Positions 46,562 through 60,778 of a stretch of 64,000 nucleotides of DNA are shown one piece after another. Origin of the DNA: Eledone cirrhosa (lineage: Eukaryota). The stretch's first letter is position 1; each line of letters starts with the position of its first letter. The DNA is taken from NCBI GenBank assembly GCA_964016885.1, contig OZ024753.1, positions 38,502,001-38,566,000 on the forward strand, written 5' to 3'. Under the pieces are notes generated by a model, which saw only the letters and a list, made by a program, of their open reading frames with translations, was not told the DNA's origin and made no database searches. The translations under genes and the position numbers were made by a program.

Positions 46562-47110
46562 TTATATATATAAATTAATATATTAATTTATCTTGACTCT
46601 GTTTTCCTATGAATCTTATCGTAAATTTTTGAATGTATTTTCTCTTTTCATGATATCTTCTCTATTTGGATTACATTGAGTTCTTCATACGGATTGGACA
46701 CTACCGTATATTTTGGTAGACTTATCTATATATACACATATAGGAAAGAGTCAGGACCCCGACGGGTGAGCTCCGGCCGTTTCGACAGCTATTTCTGAAC
46801 TACTATAGAAGAATAGTAAATTTCTACAAATTTCATACTTGACGACCGAACATAAACATAGGATTATATAGAGATGACGGTCTCGGGCTCATAACTTTAC
46901 TGAACACAAGTATGATATTTGTATAAATTTGTAGAAAAAACAACAAATTTCTACAAATTTCACACAATATAAACAGGATTATATAGAGATGACGGCCTCG
47001 GGATAGTTCATAACTTTACTGAACACGATATGAATATATTGAGGAAGATGTTGATTGGTATATTTTGGTAGTTTCATCTCCGGATCACAGTTAATTCATA
47101 TCAATCAGCA

Positions 47111-47635
47111 AATAGTAAATATAACATTTTAGACAACCTTGAACTTGAACACAAGCATGCACTACTCATATAAGCCGAATAAAGATACTAACTATATTGA
47201 TAAATACTTAAACAAAGCATGCACTACTCATATAAGCTGAATAAAGATACTAACTATATTGATAAATACTCAAATCACTCGGTTGATATAATTAGCCAAG
47301 TAAAAGATAAGATAAGTATGCGTATCTCTAGTTTGTCCTCCAATAAGGGCATATTGGATAGAGCCACCCTTTACTATAAATGTATGCTGAGAAGGAACAG
47401 CTTTAACGATAAGTTAGACTACATCGAATCTACCCATTATAAGCACTCTAAGCCTACAACTAGAAAGAGTACATCGTTAACCTTTTAAATGTATACACAA
47501 ATATAGTTAAATGTTTCCTATATTTTATGTAAAAATATCGCTTCAGTTAACACCAAAATAGTAAGATCTTTAATAAAAATATGGTTAGGGCTAGTTATAG
47601 TTGTCTTAATGATATAGGAAACTCGATCTTAAATC
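47111..47635 (+). pseudogene. degenerate Penelope-like element ORF fragment (RT thumb and linker)
   Basis: TLNLNTSMHYSYKPNKDTNYIDKYSNHSVDIISQVKDKISMRISSLSSNKGILDRATLYY...NVYTNIVKCFL...KIFNKNMVRASYSCLNDIGNSI follows the PLE pattern YKPN...YI...SNHP...RIS.LSS...NV.TNI...F...KIFN.N.VK.SYSC. Contains stops, frameshifts and a 62-bp internal tandem duplication (47153/47215). Confidence 0.8.
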
Positions 47636-47663
47636 CCAAGATAGCCACTCATACCACACATCA

Positions 47664-47777
<114 letters not shown>

Positions 47778-48027
47778 ACTGAAGGTTCACGTCAGTAGCG
47801 AGGTGTAGAGCTAGACAGAGTGTTATATATATATATATAGGTTTGAATGGGTTATTGCAGACCAAACCACTACTTAATTGAAGTCACTGGTCTCTCAGAT
47901 GGGACAGGACCGCATTTCACTTAGATACATTCCCGCACGCTACAGAATTACAATCGTGAATTCTATCGTGGAACCAACACTAGGCAGTGATACAGGCGGT
48001 TAGATCGACCCTAACACTTAACTGGTA

Positions 48028-48086
<59 letters not shown>

Positions 48087-48091
<5 letters not shown>

Positions 48092-48278
48092 AGTAAGTAA
48101 GACCCCGACGGCTGAGCTCAAGCCGTTTCGACGGCTAATTCTGTACTGAATTAGCCGTCGAAACGGCTTGAGCTCAGCCGTCGGGGTCTTACTTACTCCT
48201 ATTACCCACTCTACTACCCTAAGTATTGAGTACTTTGGTGCGTTATGGTCCACCTGGTTCCTTACCACTTTTCCCTCG

Positions 48279-48281
<3 letters not shown>
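48087..48281 (+). mobile_element. family C full copy
   Basis: Arms AGGAGTAAGTAAGACC / GGTCTTACTTACTCCT; (TA)n on both sides. Confidence 0.9.
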
Positions 48282-48335
<54 letters not shown>

Positions 48336-48892
48336 CGTGGAAGCTTTTATAAAAGCAAAATTGAACTCAGAAAGATTTGAACTGAAAACATAAAATGATG
48401 ACGACGCTAGATATCACACCGCAAGGCGTTTTCTACGCCACTCAACCATAATCACCGCTCCTATATTCATTTTGATATGTAATAATGATGCTTTCAAAAA
48501 CCTTTAATTGCTTCTCTTCTAAAAACTTTCTGCAAATAATTTACGAAAGAAAGAATGAAAGATAGAAAAAAAATATATCAAAACCAAACCCAACCCACAT
48601 CAAACATTTCGTTGTAATTTGTATGGAAAATAAAACAGACGATAAAACAAATAATAAGATACAGAATCAGCAGCGAAGAGAAGTTATCTATAAAGGGAGG
48701 TTATTAGAAATATTTCAGTGAAATAACTGGGAGGAGCGTTCTGTTGGAATATAATAATAATAGTAAAAGAAGAAAAAGAAAATATCTCGACAAACATTGA
48801 AGAAAATACAAGTTTTAATCTTTTTACGGATGAAAAAATCGAATCCCAATTAGAAAGAGTAGAGTAGGGGATGGATAGAAAGAGTGAGTGAG

Positions 48893-48947
<55 letters not shown>

Positions 48948-49523
48948 CAGAGAGAGAAAGATAGATAGATAGAAAAGCAGAGAGAGAGAGAGAGATACAT
49001 TGATAGATATATATAGAGGAGAGAGGAAGATAGAGAGAGAAAGACAGACATAGAGACGTAGAGTGAGAGAGAGAGAGACAGACATATACATACAGAGAAA
49101 AAAAGAGAGAGAGAGAGAGAATCAGAGAAAAGTAAGAAAAAGTGAAAGAGAGACTGTAAGGAGTGAAAAAGAAAGTAAAAGCAAATAAAAAAAAAATCCC
49201 TAAACAAAAACCAAACCAAAACATACAGCAATGTTTCTTGTGGCCGTAAGGTAATTTTCTATCTTTTAATCCGTCTTCCAGTCAAGAAGCAACCTATTGA
49301 CATGGAACATTTTGTTTTTGGATTTAATTTCACCGGAAATTGTCTTTAATCACATACACAGTTATAACTATAGAACATTTTTTTCACTTCACTAAACTGA
49401 GTTTCGCGCCTACGTAGCGAGGCAAATCTAACCCTGTCTCATTTCCTCTCAAATTCTATACTCTGCTCTTATAATGTAAACTCATGGTTTATCAACCCTG
49501 CTGAATACTTTTTATTTTTTCTG

Positions 49524-49576
<53 letters not shown>

Positions 49577-49680
49577 ATTGGGCCTCCGTCGGTTCAGATG
49601 ATGAGCGTTCCAGTTGTTTGACGAATGCTCCAGAATTTATTGAAACGCGTAGTCCATTAGAAATATGGCAAGAGAGAGAA

Positions 49681-49763
<83 letters not shown>

Positions 49764-49869
49764 ACTTCAAGTATAATAGTATTTAAAGTAAAGTCTGGAG
49801 AGGATTAAATTATGTTATTGACAGAATGTCCAAAAATGATAAAGTCGCAATGCTTATAAGGGTTTTGGA

Positions 49870-50095
49870 TAACCAGGTAGATCACTCACTGAACTGTAAA
49901 TGACCAGGTAGACCACACACTGAACTGTAAATGACCAGGTAGACCACACACTGAACAGTAAATGACCAGGTAGACCACACAATGAACTGTAAATGACCAG
50001 GTAGACCGCACACTGAACTGTAAATGACCAGGTAGATCACAAACTTAGTAGAAATGACCAGGTAGACCACAAACTTAATAGAAATGACCAGGTTT
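49870..50095. repeat. 31-bp minisatellite (ACTGAACTGTAAATGACCAGGTAGACCACAC), ~7 copies
   Basis: ACCAGGTAG at 49872, 49903, 49934, 49965 and onward. Confidence 0.9.
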
Positions 50096-50711
50096 ATTAC
50101 ATGCTAAAGTTACACTGAATGTTGAATGCTGGATGTGTATGAATATTAATAACTGACAGTAACTTTCTGCATATTTTAAAAATATTATGGCCAGTTGTTA
50201 TTAAGTTAGAAAAACTTATGAATTGTGTATTACTGAGTGTGAGACTTTAGAGTTGAATATAACCTCCCAACAGGCATTGCAAAATATAAGTTGCGTTGAT
50301 AGAGAAATAAAAAAAACAATCATAAAATTACAAGGATTTAATTATGATTTCAAAACAGATAGTTAAGCAAATTTCAAATTGAAAATCTCATTTCAGAAAA
50401 TCGAATTTGAAATATTATACTTTTATATTTTTAAATTGTAATTCTAAGACGAAAGAAAAAAAAAGAAAAAAAAGGAAAACAAAACAACAAAAACAAAAAC
50501 AAAACAAAACAATAAAACAAGAACAGCAAGAAGAACAAAAAGCAAAACAATCAAATACATAAAAGTAACAAAATACATCAAAAACTGAATATACCATTCA
50601 TTCATTTTCAAAAATCATTTGTAACATAAATGAAAGAATCTGGATCTTTCATATGACTTGTTCATAGAGTTTAGTCTATAATTTACCATACACATTATTA
50701 ACCATGTAAAA

Positions 50712-50900
50712 TGGTGGTGGATTGCCAGTATCGGTAGAGCATCGGACAACAAGCTTTGTAGAATATAGTTCTGCCCTTTTAGGTTCTAAGTTCTAATCTC
50801 GCCGAGGTTAGTTTTGCCTTTCGAACTGAACTGTTTCATTCGCATGAAATCATCAGACTTTCCTAATATGAAACAGTTCAAGTCCTGTAGAAGTCATTTA
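50712..50900. mobile_element. SINE family A 5' part (+, 50712-50822) abutting a family J hairpin remnant (50824-50900)
   Basis: GGTGGATTGCCAGTATCGG...; then AACTGTTTCATTCG...AAATCATCAG...ATGAAACAGTTCAAGTCCTGTAGAAG. Confidence 0.75.
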
Positions 50901-50903
50901 TAT

Positions 50904-50948
<45 letters not shown>

Positions 50949-51045
50949 TTAGTATATATGCGTACAGATGTACGCTAATGCTAGCGAATACACAGGTTAT
51001 GTCATAGTACCTAGGTGGTTCAATGCAGGAGGATGCAGAACAATA

Positions 51046-51255
51046 ATATAAAAGACGTAAAATAAGAAAATTTAAAAAAATTTTTAAAAATTAACTTACT
51101 TACTAAAATTTTCACTCCAACTAATTAGTTTCTGCAATGGGATAAAGACAGTTACGTAATAAACTGTCGAGAATTCATTGCGTCATCAGGGAGTCTATTC
51201 TTTTAGTAAGTAAGTTAATTTTTTAAAATGTTCTTATTTTACGTCTTTTATATAT
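51046..51255 (-). mobile_element. TA-associated fold-back element enclosing an HHR
   Basis: Outer arms about 51046-51108 / 51201-51255 (TATATAAAAGACGTAAAATAAGAA...TTAACTTACTTACTAAAA). Confidence 0.8.
51114..51194 (-). ncRNA. type I hammerhead ribozyme, intact core, extended stem II
   Basis: Minus strand: ACTCC CTGATGA cGCAATG..GACAGTT tattacgt AACTGTC..CATTGCa GAAA CTAATTAG TT GGAGT. Confidence 0.85.
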
Positions 51256-51282
51256 ATATATATTTATATATATATATATAAT

Positions 51283-51348
51283 ATAGAAATGGCTTCTACA
51301 GGACCTTACTTACTGTGGTTACCCTCGATTAAACTCGAGATAAACTTA
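51283..51348. mobile_element. family J internally deleted copy
   Basis: GGCTTCTACAGGAC fused to the reverse complement of 11062-11103. Confidence 0.7.
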
Positions 51349-51412
51349 TATATATAAATAGATAAAAAAAATGTAAGTATATATGTATGTATGTCAAAGG
51401 GCAAAGGAGCTC

Positions 51413-51700
51413 TTAAGAGTCAATAGCCATCCAGAATTCTAGGAGAAGGAAAACTCTGATATAACACCTGCAACCCTGATGGTATCCAATGATGTTGACT
51501 TGTTCTTCTTTTTGGTAAATATCATCTTGGTTAAGAGAGTGGGACTGGCTTTGTGCAGTGCCTTTGCTCACTATAAAAGCTTCACGACACAGGCATTGCT
51601 TTATAACTGGAGATCTCTCTGCACTTGTCGTCACATGGTACCATGGGCCCAGCACTATGTGTCAATAATTGTCACAAGTGTAGTGTTTGTACCAGAGTTT
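51413..51700 (-). pseudogene. possible decayed hAT transposase C-terminal dimerisation fragment
   Basis: VTTSAERS...IYQKEEQVNII loosely resembles the hAT motif PVTSA.AERSFS. Weak. Confidence 0.3.
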
Positions 51701-52046
51701 TCAAGTCGCTGGCTGGACTAAAAAGTCACACTCGTTCAGCGCATCGGTAGGGGTTCTCCTACATGGATATAAAGTAGTGGCCGTACTCGAAAACGAGTTG
51801 GCAGCCACCATGTATGTATGTATGTATACATGTGTGGGTGGTGGGTGGTGTAGTCTTGTCTTTGTATATTTTTCCTTATTAACTTTGCAATTCGACAAAC
51901 AGCGATGAAAAATAAGTATCAAACTTGCTAGGAACAACAAAAATACTCAAAACACGCCACAGAAACACACGAAAGAAATACACACACACACACACACATA
52001 AATGGTTATGTGTGGGTGAGTACACATACATATATATATGTATATA

Positions 52047-52142
<96 letters not shown>

Positions 52143-52171
52143 GTGTGTACATTTATATATATGTACATATA

Positions 52172-52249
<78 letters not shown>

Positions 52250-52273
52250 CGTATATATATATGTATATATATT

Positions 52274-52329
<56 letters not shown>

Positions 52330-52375
52330 AATATATATATATATATGTATATATATGTATATATGTATATATATG

Positions 52376-52465
<90 letters not shown>

Positions 52466-53037
52466 AGTATGTGTGTGTGTGTACATTAGGATTACATGAA
52501 AATAGTATTTCTATTATGAGTATTATTGTTATTATTATCATGAAGTAGTAACAATTATCAATATAGTGTGTGTGATAATGGCGTTGTTATGTTGTTTTGG
52601 TTGGCAGAAAGAATAGATAGATAAATAGATAAAATGATAGATAGGGATAGAGATAGAGATAGAGATAGATAGAGGGAGAGAAGGAGAGAGAGATTTAGAG
52701 AGAGAGAAAGGACTTTGTTTGTTTATAGATTAATAATAGTCCTCAACTAACATGGGAAACATCACTCCTTGATGTCTAAGTAAACATATACTCTTTTCAC
52801 ATAAAACACTGTGAGCTCTTTTTTTTTTATTATGTAGCTCTCCCTCACCCTTTCTTTATTTCTCTCAGTCTCTCTTTCTTTCTTTCATTCTTTACTTTTT
52901 TCTTTCTCTCTCTCATTCATTCTTTCTTTCTTTCTTTCTTATTAGTGGTTGGAGGTAGCGGGTATTTTGTCTTTTGTAATCGTGGTGACGCTGATTCATA
53001 ACTTAATGATATGATATATGTCCTATGTATGTATAGG

Positions 53038-53171
<134 letters not shown>

Positions 53172-53280
53172 GTGCTTCTGTTTGTGTGTGTAAATAGATA
53201 AATAAATAGGGAGAGAGGGAAAGCAAGTAAGATGTATATATATATATATATACATACATACATATGTATGTATGTGTGTG

Positions 53281-53358
<78 letters not shown>

Positions 53359-53374
53359 TACATATATATATATG

Positions 53375-53446
<72 letters not shown>

Positions 53447-54055
53447 CTATAAGTAAACTCTATGCAAGTTCAATGAAACTGAGATTAGTGGAAAAAAGAA
53501 AATGGAAGTGAATTGTTTCATTGATGTAGCATTAAGTTACACAATCCTTATAAATATATAAACAACACTGCTCCCTTTGTTTGTTTATTTATTTATCACA
53601 CCAGCAACAACAACAACACAACAACAATAACAATAACAACTACAACAATAATAGTAATAATAATAAATACAATATTAATAATAATAAATATAACAATATT
53701 AATAATAATATTTATAACAATAATAACGATAACAATATTAATGACAATAATGGGTTAGATACTTGCATGTTAATTGTCTACGATATCCGTTCGAACGATC
53801 GATCGACCGACCGATCAACCGATCAACAAGCCAGCCTGATCGACAGACAGGCAGACAGACAGGCCGGCCAGCTACAAAAGATCCCAAGCCATCCCGGTAG
53901 TTGAGATAAAGAAAGGTTCTAACAATGCATACTTTTATTGAAGGACGTCTTCGAGAGGATTAATGCTTTTATAGAATTGGTTTTTACAGTTTTTTTTTTG
54001 TTTAAAAAAAAAGAGATTATTTGAAAATATGTAATCTCAATAGTTTTTAAATTTT

Positions 54056-54086
<31 letters not shown>

Positions 54087-54487
54087 GAAAACCGAAATAC
54101 TCCATCATTTTATAAAATAAATATTTAAGGGAGAGGATGACACCAAATGTATATAAATGCTTGTTTGTTGGTAGCTGTTGTCTTGTTTTTGTTTTTGGCT
54201 TATCCAAACTATGATTAGTTCCTTCGAATTCTTGCTATTTGCGTTGTTATTTAAAGTGTAGAAATATTTTTGTTATTTGTGTGTTTCTATGTAATATCTA
54301 TCGTGTTGGAGATAATACATATCGGCAGTATATTAACTCAGATAAAATAGAATATCGAATCATAATAAATTTACATATTTAAAAAAAAATTAAATCACAA
54401 AAAATAACAAAACGAAAATTCAAAAAGACAAAATGAACTTAAAAAAAAAACAATTATTTTTTCAAATCTATCGATGTGTGTTCGAAT

Positions 54488-54640
54488 CATCGGTAGAAAG
54501 GAATGTTAGGATGTTGGATAGAATACTTTGTAGTATTCGTTTCAACTCTCGACGCCTTGAGTTCAAATCCTGCCGAGGTGAACATTGTCTTTCCTACTTT
54601 TGAGGTCGATAAATAAAGTATTAGTCTAACACTGGGGTAA
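54488..54640 (+). mobile_element. SINE family A, diverged (another at 56780-56960 on minus)
   Basis: GAGTTCAAATCCTGCCGAGG...GGTCGATAAATAAAGTA. Confidence 0.7.
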
Positions 54641-54750
54641 ATTCTGCATTTATATATCTTTTTAACTATCTCTTTTCCTCTGTAGCTTTCATATACTTTT
54701 GAGGTTGATAATAAACAACCACACACACACACATATCTATTTACCTACCC

Positions 54751-54828
<78 letters not shown>

Positions 54829-54937
54829 ATTTATATGTATGATATATTTAGTTTCCTATATAAATGTTCAATCTCTTTATCTTCTTCCTTTTCCCACCTC
54901 TCTCTCCCAATGTTTCCATTTTCCCTCCGCACTACGA

Positions 54938-55028
<91 letters not shown>

Positions 55029-57555
55029 TATATATATATATATATATATTTACACAAAAGCAAACAGAAACGCATGTAAACTGTTTGTTATGAGACACCA
55101 TGATACACTATTGTATATATATATATATATGTATATATGTATATAAATATAAATATAAACACACATATATATAATAAATACATAATATTGAATATTATAT
55201 ATAAATAATTATACACGCACACATACGTATATATGCACATATATAGAGCCATACACATACATCCACGGAAGCAGCACATATACACATCTATACATCTACA
55301 CACTTACACACTCACACACTCACACACGAATACATAACTCCTATTACATATACCCACCAGGTGGTATAGATTGCAGAGGTATTTATCTAATAGCTTTGTG
55401 GCTTTATTTGATAATGTAGCGCGTCTATAATGTCAATCCTTCGTCTTTTCTGTCTGTCTTTCAATCACTTTTTTATGATTGCCACCCATAGTCTCTCTCA
55501 CATTCTCCCCCCCTTCTCTCTCTCTGTCTTTCTCTCTCTCACACATATTCTTTATTCCTCTCTCTCGGTCTCTCTCCGTACGACCGCATTTTCCTTGCTT
55601 CTTTCTTTATTTATTTTTTATTATTTTTCACTCTTGATGGCCGTTTTATGAGTCCTTTTCATAACATCGCTTGTGTGCTTGCGTAGCCTAGCCCCTTGCA
55701 GCTCGGAAAAACAAAACAAAACAACAACAACAACAACAACAATTACAACAGCAACAACAGCAATAACAAAAACCACTTTCATAATCCATAAATGAATAAT
55801 TAAATGCCGTCTCTCAAACTAATGGAAGTAACATTGAACAATTATAGACAATCAAATCATATTAATAAAAATGCAAAAAAAAACAACAAAAAAACAGCAA
55901 CAACAAACAAAAAAAAAAGAAAGAAAAAAAGGGAGAAAAAAGAGAAAAATAAACAAACAAAAAAATTAGCAACTTTCGTTAAACTCCAGGTTAACGAGTT
56001 CGATTGATTCATGTTTTTTTTAATTCTGGTCACAAATAAAACTGTGGACAAAACTGATCAGGTCAGTACTTCACAAACAAAATATACAAATAACACACAC
56101 AAAAAAAGGTGAACATTAATCCTCCTCCCCCCTAGCAAAAATAGTAACAAAAAGACCAGACTCTGCTAAAATCACTGATGATTTTTAAAATAATTTTTTT
56201 CAAGAACTAAAATACTTTAACAAACTAGAATTTATTGATTTCTAACATTATCAGAAAACTACAAATTTGGAAAAGTGTGAAATTTTTATTATTCGATTCA
56301 ATCGATCACTGTAATTGCATGATTAGTAACTTATCGAATTGTACTCTAGAGAGATGAAAGAGAAAAGCCGCTTTATGGCGGGTGGTGGTTGTTTTGAAGT
56401 GGTTGGGTGGATGGGCGTGGTTGGATTCAGTTTCTATTGAATCCAACATTATACCATTGACACAAACACATTCTTAGATTTGAAAAAAAAAACCCCTCAA
56501 AGATTTAGAAAGTCCATATATATTTTTATATATCATTGTGTGTTGTGATAAACCTCCACCGGTTTCAACGATGAGTGTTCCTATTAATTTAATCAACAGA
56601 ACAGCCTGCTCGTAAAATTAACGTGCAAGTGGCTGAACATTCCACAGACACGTATACCCTTAACATCATGAGCATATTGCTCTTCTCATTTTTTAGTGTG
56701 CAGACGTTACTAATCTTCTGACAAAAATGACTAATTTCCCGACGAAAATGACGGAAATTTTCCGACAAAATCTGGGGGTAGCACAAAGTTGATTAAACCA
56801 ACCCCACCCAGTACTTGAATGATATTTTGTTATCAACCATGGAAAGATAAAAGGCAAAGTAGACCAAGGTGGGATTCGAACTCAGAAAGTAAAATCCCGG
56901 AACAAATACCACAAAACAATTTGTTCGATGCTCAAACGATTTTGCCCATCCACCTCTACGTATATTATAATATTGAACCTGTTAATCGGGGACTGAAGCC
57001 TCGACATTGATATAAACCTTCATAGTAAATATATTTAAAAAAATATTATTTATATATTTTTCCCTGTTATTTTTTTAATATTTTGGGCTTTTTTTTATCT
57101 TCTTCAGGTATTCAAATGATGACAAGCAGCGGGAGATTATTGGATTTTTTGCAATGACATTTGTTAATCTATTAATCTTTCGGCCATGTTTGTATAAGTC
57201 ATTCTATGACACTGTTTACCAATCGCCCACACTCTTATATTAACCTACTACTCCCTGGCTGCCTGGCTGCCTGCCTACTGGGCGGCTCTATTTGTCTATA
57301 TACCCTTTCATTCTTTCAGTCTTCCATTTTCTTATTCTTTTATTCTGTCACTGGCTTCAGTCGTTAGATGGCAGTCATGCTGGTGGTACTGTCCTCGAAG
57401 AGATTTAGTTGATCATATCTATCTTACTACTAATGCTTTATTTTTTCAAGTCTGTTACTTATTTCATCGGTGTCTTTTTTCTTGAACCGCTAAGTTACGG
57501 TACATAAACATACACAGAGACTCAAACGTAAACACACAGTCATTTATAGACACGC

Positions 57556-57669
<114 letters not shown>

Positions 57670-58028
57670 TCCAAGAGGCGGCGAAATGAACAGACCTGCT
57701 TTTTCTCGAAGAAATTATTTTCGTTCCTACCCCAGCTCATTCTCCTCTATCTTTCTATTTCTTCTTTAATTTCTCATTCTATTTTTTTATGAAGGACCAG
57801 CTTCAGAAACGTTAAGGATTTTTTTTACTACTATATATTAAACGTAAAACTAATATATATCTTCATTGAACTTCATCATATATTAGTTTACGAAGTTTGC
57901 CGAAGAGAACCCGTGCAACTCCGCCCGCCACTCACTCAATGATATAAAATTTATATGTAAGAAAATACAAACTTATAACTGAGAGTGTTGTGTTATGTAC
58001 ATCCCCTCTCCCCCCTCTCTCTCTGTCT

Positions 58029-58060
<32 letters not shown>

Positions 58061-58065
<5 letters not shown>

Positions 58066-58257
58066 AACGAGTAGGACCCCGACGGCTGAGCTCAAGCCGT
58101 TTCGACGGCTAATTCTGGGTCCAGAATTAGCCCTCGAAACGGCTTGAGCTCAGCCGTCGGGGTCCTACTCGTTCCTATTACCCACTCTACTACCCTAAGT
58201 ATTGAGTACTTTGGTGCGTTATGGTCCACCTGGTTCCTTACCACATTTCCTCCGTTA
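58061..58257 (+). mobile_element. family C full copy
   Basis: Palindrome 58061-58178 plus tail ending CCTCCGTTA. Confidence 0.9.
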
Positions 58258-58634
58258 CACACATATATATATATACATATATATATATACATACATAAAT
58301 ATATATATTTATTTATTTATACATACACACATTCTCTTAATGAAACATTTCTTCTGCAACTCCTTCAATTTTCACTCATCATGTTCCTCCCCCTCTTCCT
58401 CCTCTTCCTCTTTGCCATCTCCTCCCCTTCACACACCTCCTTCTCCTATCTCCTACCTCCTTATCTTTACATCCATGATACCCTCTCCATGGTTCCCAGT
58501 CTGTCATCAATCCTATCCACCAAGCCATAGACCATTGCATCTCCTCCGCTTTCACTCACGATTATATTCAATGACAAACTGTTTACAAACAACCCTCTCT
58601 CTCAAATGACAATTCTCTCTCTCTCTCTCCCCTT

Positions 58635-58743
<109 letters not shown>

Positions 58744-58899
58744 CTCTTTCTTTCTTTCTATCTATCTTTCTATCTACCTACCCACCTACCTATCTACCTA
58801 TCCATCTATCAATTTTTTTTACACGACTGTATGTAAAACCCCCGCCATATGTCTTTGTATTGTCCCCTTTTCTTGTGCGCCCTTGTGGCAAATAAAGAA

Positions 58900-58962
<63 letters not shown>

Positions 58963-59719
58963 CAACTTGCTGCTTTCATTCATTCATTCATTCATTCATC
59001 TTTTTAGTCTTCCTTTCTTTCTTGCTTTTTCTTTCTTTCTTTTATTCTTCCTTCCTTCCTTTCTGGCTTGCTGTCTATCATTACCTTTGGCTTCTCATCT
59101 CATTTCATATCTCCCCCTCCTCGTGTATCTCTCTATTTCTTCCTTAATTCTGTCAGCCTGTATGTTTGTCTGTCTCTCCCTTCCCCCCTCTCTTTCTATC
59201 TATCTATCTATCTATCTCCCCCTCTCTCCCTCTCTATCTCCTAGAAGAAGAACAATTTGTCCAATTTCTCTAAACCTATTTGTTATTTCCGTTACACCAG
59301 TTCCCGCCAATTCTAATTATTATCGAAAACTTCTATATTTCTGCCTCTTCCTTTCCACCATTTTATTTTCATCTTTCGTTTTTCGTTTTTCGTCGTTGCT
59401 TTCCGTTCGTCATTTTCGAGATGCTTCTTGTGTCAAAAGTCCTGCAGCAGTGACCAGTAGTATCGAGGGAATCCGTGCGACCCCACTGCTATCTGATGCG
59501 TTCTTAAACAACATTGGCACCAGACATTTGGGACTGTTTTATCAGATCAACAATGATGGAAAATGGTCGCCTGTGATTCCATCAACTTTTCTTCCCAGCA
59601 TATCTGTATTCATCTATCTATTTGTATTCATCTATCTATCTATCTATCTCTTTAGGTCCTCCTCCTCATAATCAACATCATCATCATCTTCATCATCATC
59701 ATCATACTACTACTACTAT

Positions 59720-59781
<62 letters not shown>

Positions 59782-60009
59782 TGGTGGTGGTGGTGGTAGT
59801 AGTAGTAGTAGTAGTGGTAGTAGTAGTAGTAGTAGTAGTAGGAGTAGTAGTAGTAGTAGTAGTAGTAGAAGTAGTGGTAGTAGTAGTAGTGGTGTTACTA
59901 CATATTTGACATTTCTATGATATGGGATATTTCCCCACTTAATTTTCTTCGCTTTCCCAAACATATTTCTCTTGTTCTCCAATATCTAAAGTATCTGTTA
60001 CACTGATAA

Positions 60010-60450
60010 AGTGGGGATACATAGCTTAATGGTTAGAGGGTACAGCTTCTAATCGTAAGGTCGTGAGTTCAATTCCTGATGGCGTATTGTGCTGTGTTCT
60101 TGAGCAAGACACTTTACTTCATGTTGCTCTTGTCCACTCAGCTCGAAAAAAAGAATTGTATATTGTATTTGTAATTTAACCCTTTAACATTTAAACCGGC
60201 CATATCCTGCCAGAATTTTTTCACCTCTTTTTGTTCAAACTGGCCATAACTGGCCGCTCATATTGATGTTAAGGTATTGTTCTCAAAATAAATAATATCC
60301 AAATCTCATAGATTCGAGATCATGTGAAATAATTATGTGAGATAAAGCCTTTACAATGAAAATACAAAAGTAAATATAGAGTAATGTAAAGGCTAAAGGG
60401 TTAAAAAGCCAGCCTTGTCTTACATCTTGTTACAACGAATCTCCCTGTAC
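60010..60450 (+). mobile_element. SINE family B interrupted by a piggyBac-like MITE
   Basis: Head TAGCTTAATGGTTAG...GTGAGTTCAATTCC...TTCTTGAGCAAGACACTT; resumes with AAGCCAGCCTTGTC...GAATCTCCCTG after 60404. Confidence 0.8.
60180..60400. mobile_element. piggyBac-like MITE
   Basis: TTAA TSDs at 60176-60179 and 60401-60404; TIRs CCCTTTAACATTTA / TAAAGGCTAAAGGG. Confidence 0.85.
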
Positions 60451-60491
60451 AATAGTGATATTTGAAATATTGTTTCTGGTAAAGTCTAAAA

Positions 60492-60778
60492 CAGTCATGG
60501 GAAACCTGCGGCTCGGAAAGCTTTCTGAATGGTTCGCCTAAGTCACCTAAGTGATTTTTTTTACCACAACTTTTCTGCCGTAATTTATCTTTCTATCATT
60601 TTTACGATCGAGGAAAACAGCGTGTCCGAATTCTGAAGAAACAAATCAAAACAACATAAGTTACCGTCCTTTTTTTTTTTTTTAGTGTAGGCGCGAATGT
60701 AAATTAGCTCTTGTGGCCCACCTGATGATGAGCCATATCTCATGCGGTCCGCTTCTCGAAAAAGGTTGCCCATGCCTG
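60492..60778. mobile_element. hAT (Charlie-like) MITE
   Basis: TIRs CAGTCATGGGAAACCT / AGGTTGCCCATGCCTG; 8-bp TSD GTCTAAAA / GTCTAAAG. Confidence 0.85.

Noticed and set aside
57090-57200. Splice-acceptor-like TTCTTCAG|G (also TCTTCCAG at 23873-23880)
   Set aside because: No recognisable coding frame or matching donor; cannot be supported without transcript data.
57785-57820. TTATGAAGGACCAGCTTCAGAAACGTTA, pLTR-like HHR remnant
   Set aside because: The CUGA core is missing and stem II does not pair.
58883-59671. 262-aa ORF with a non-repetitive middle (KSPAAVTSSIEGIRATPLL...)
   Set aside because: Mostly low complexity, no recognisable domain and no clear exon boundaries.
60722-60770. CTGATGA...GAAA inside the hAT MITE
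   Set aside because: No UH cleavage site or stems I/III; the GAAA is at the edge of the TIR.
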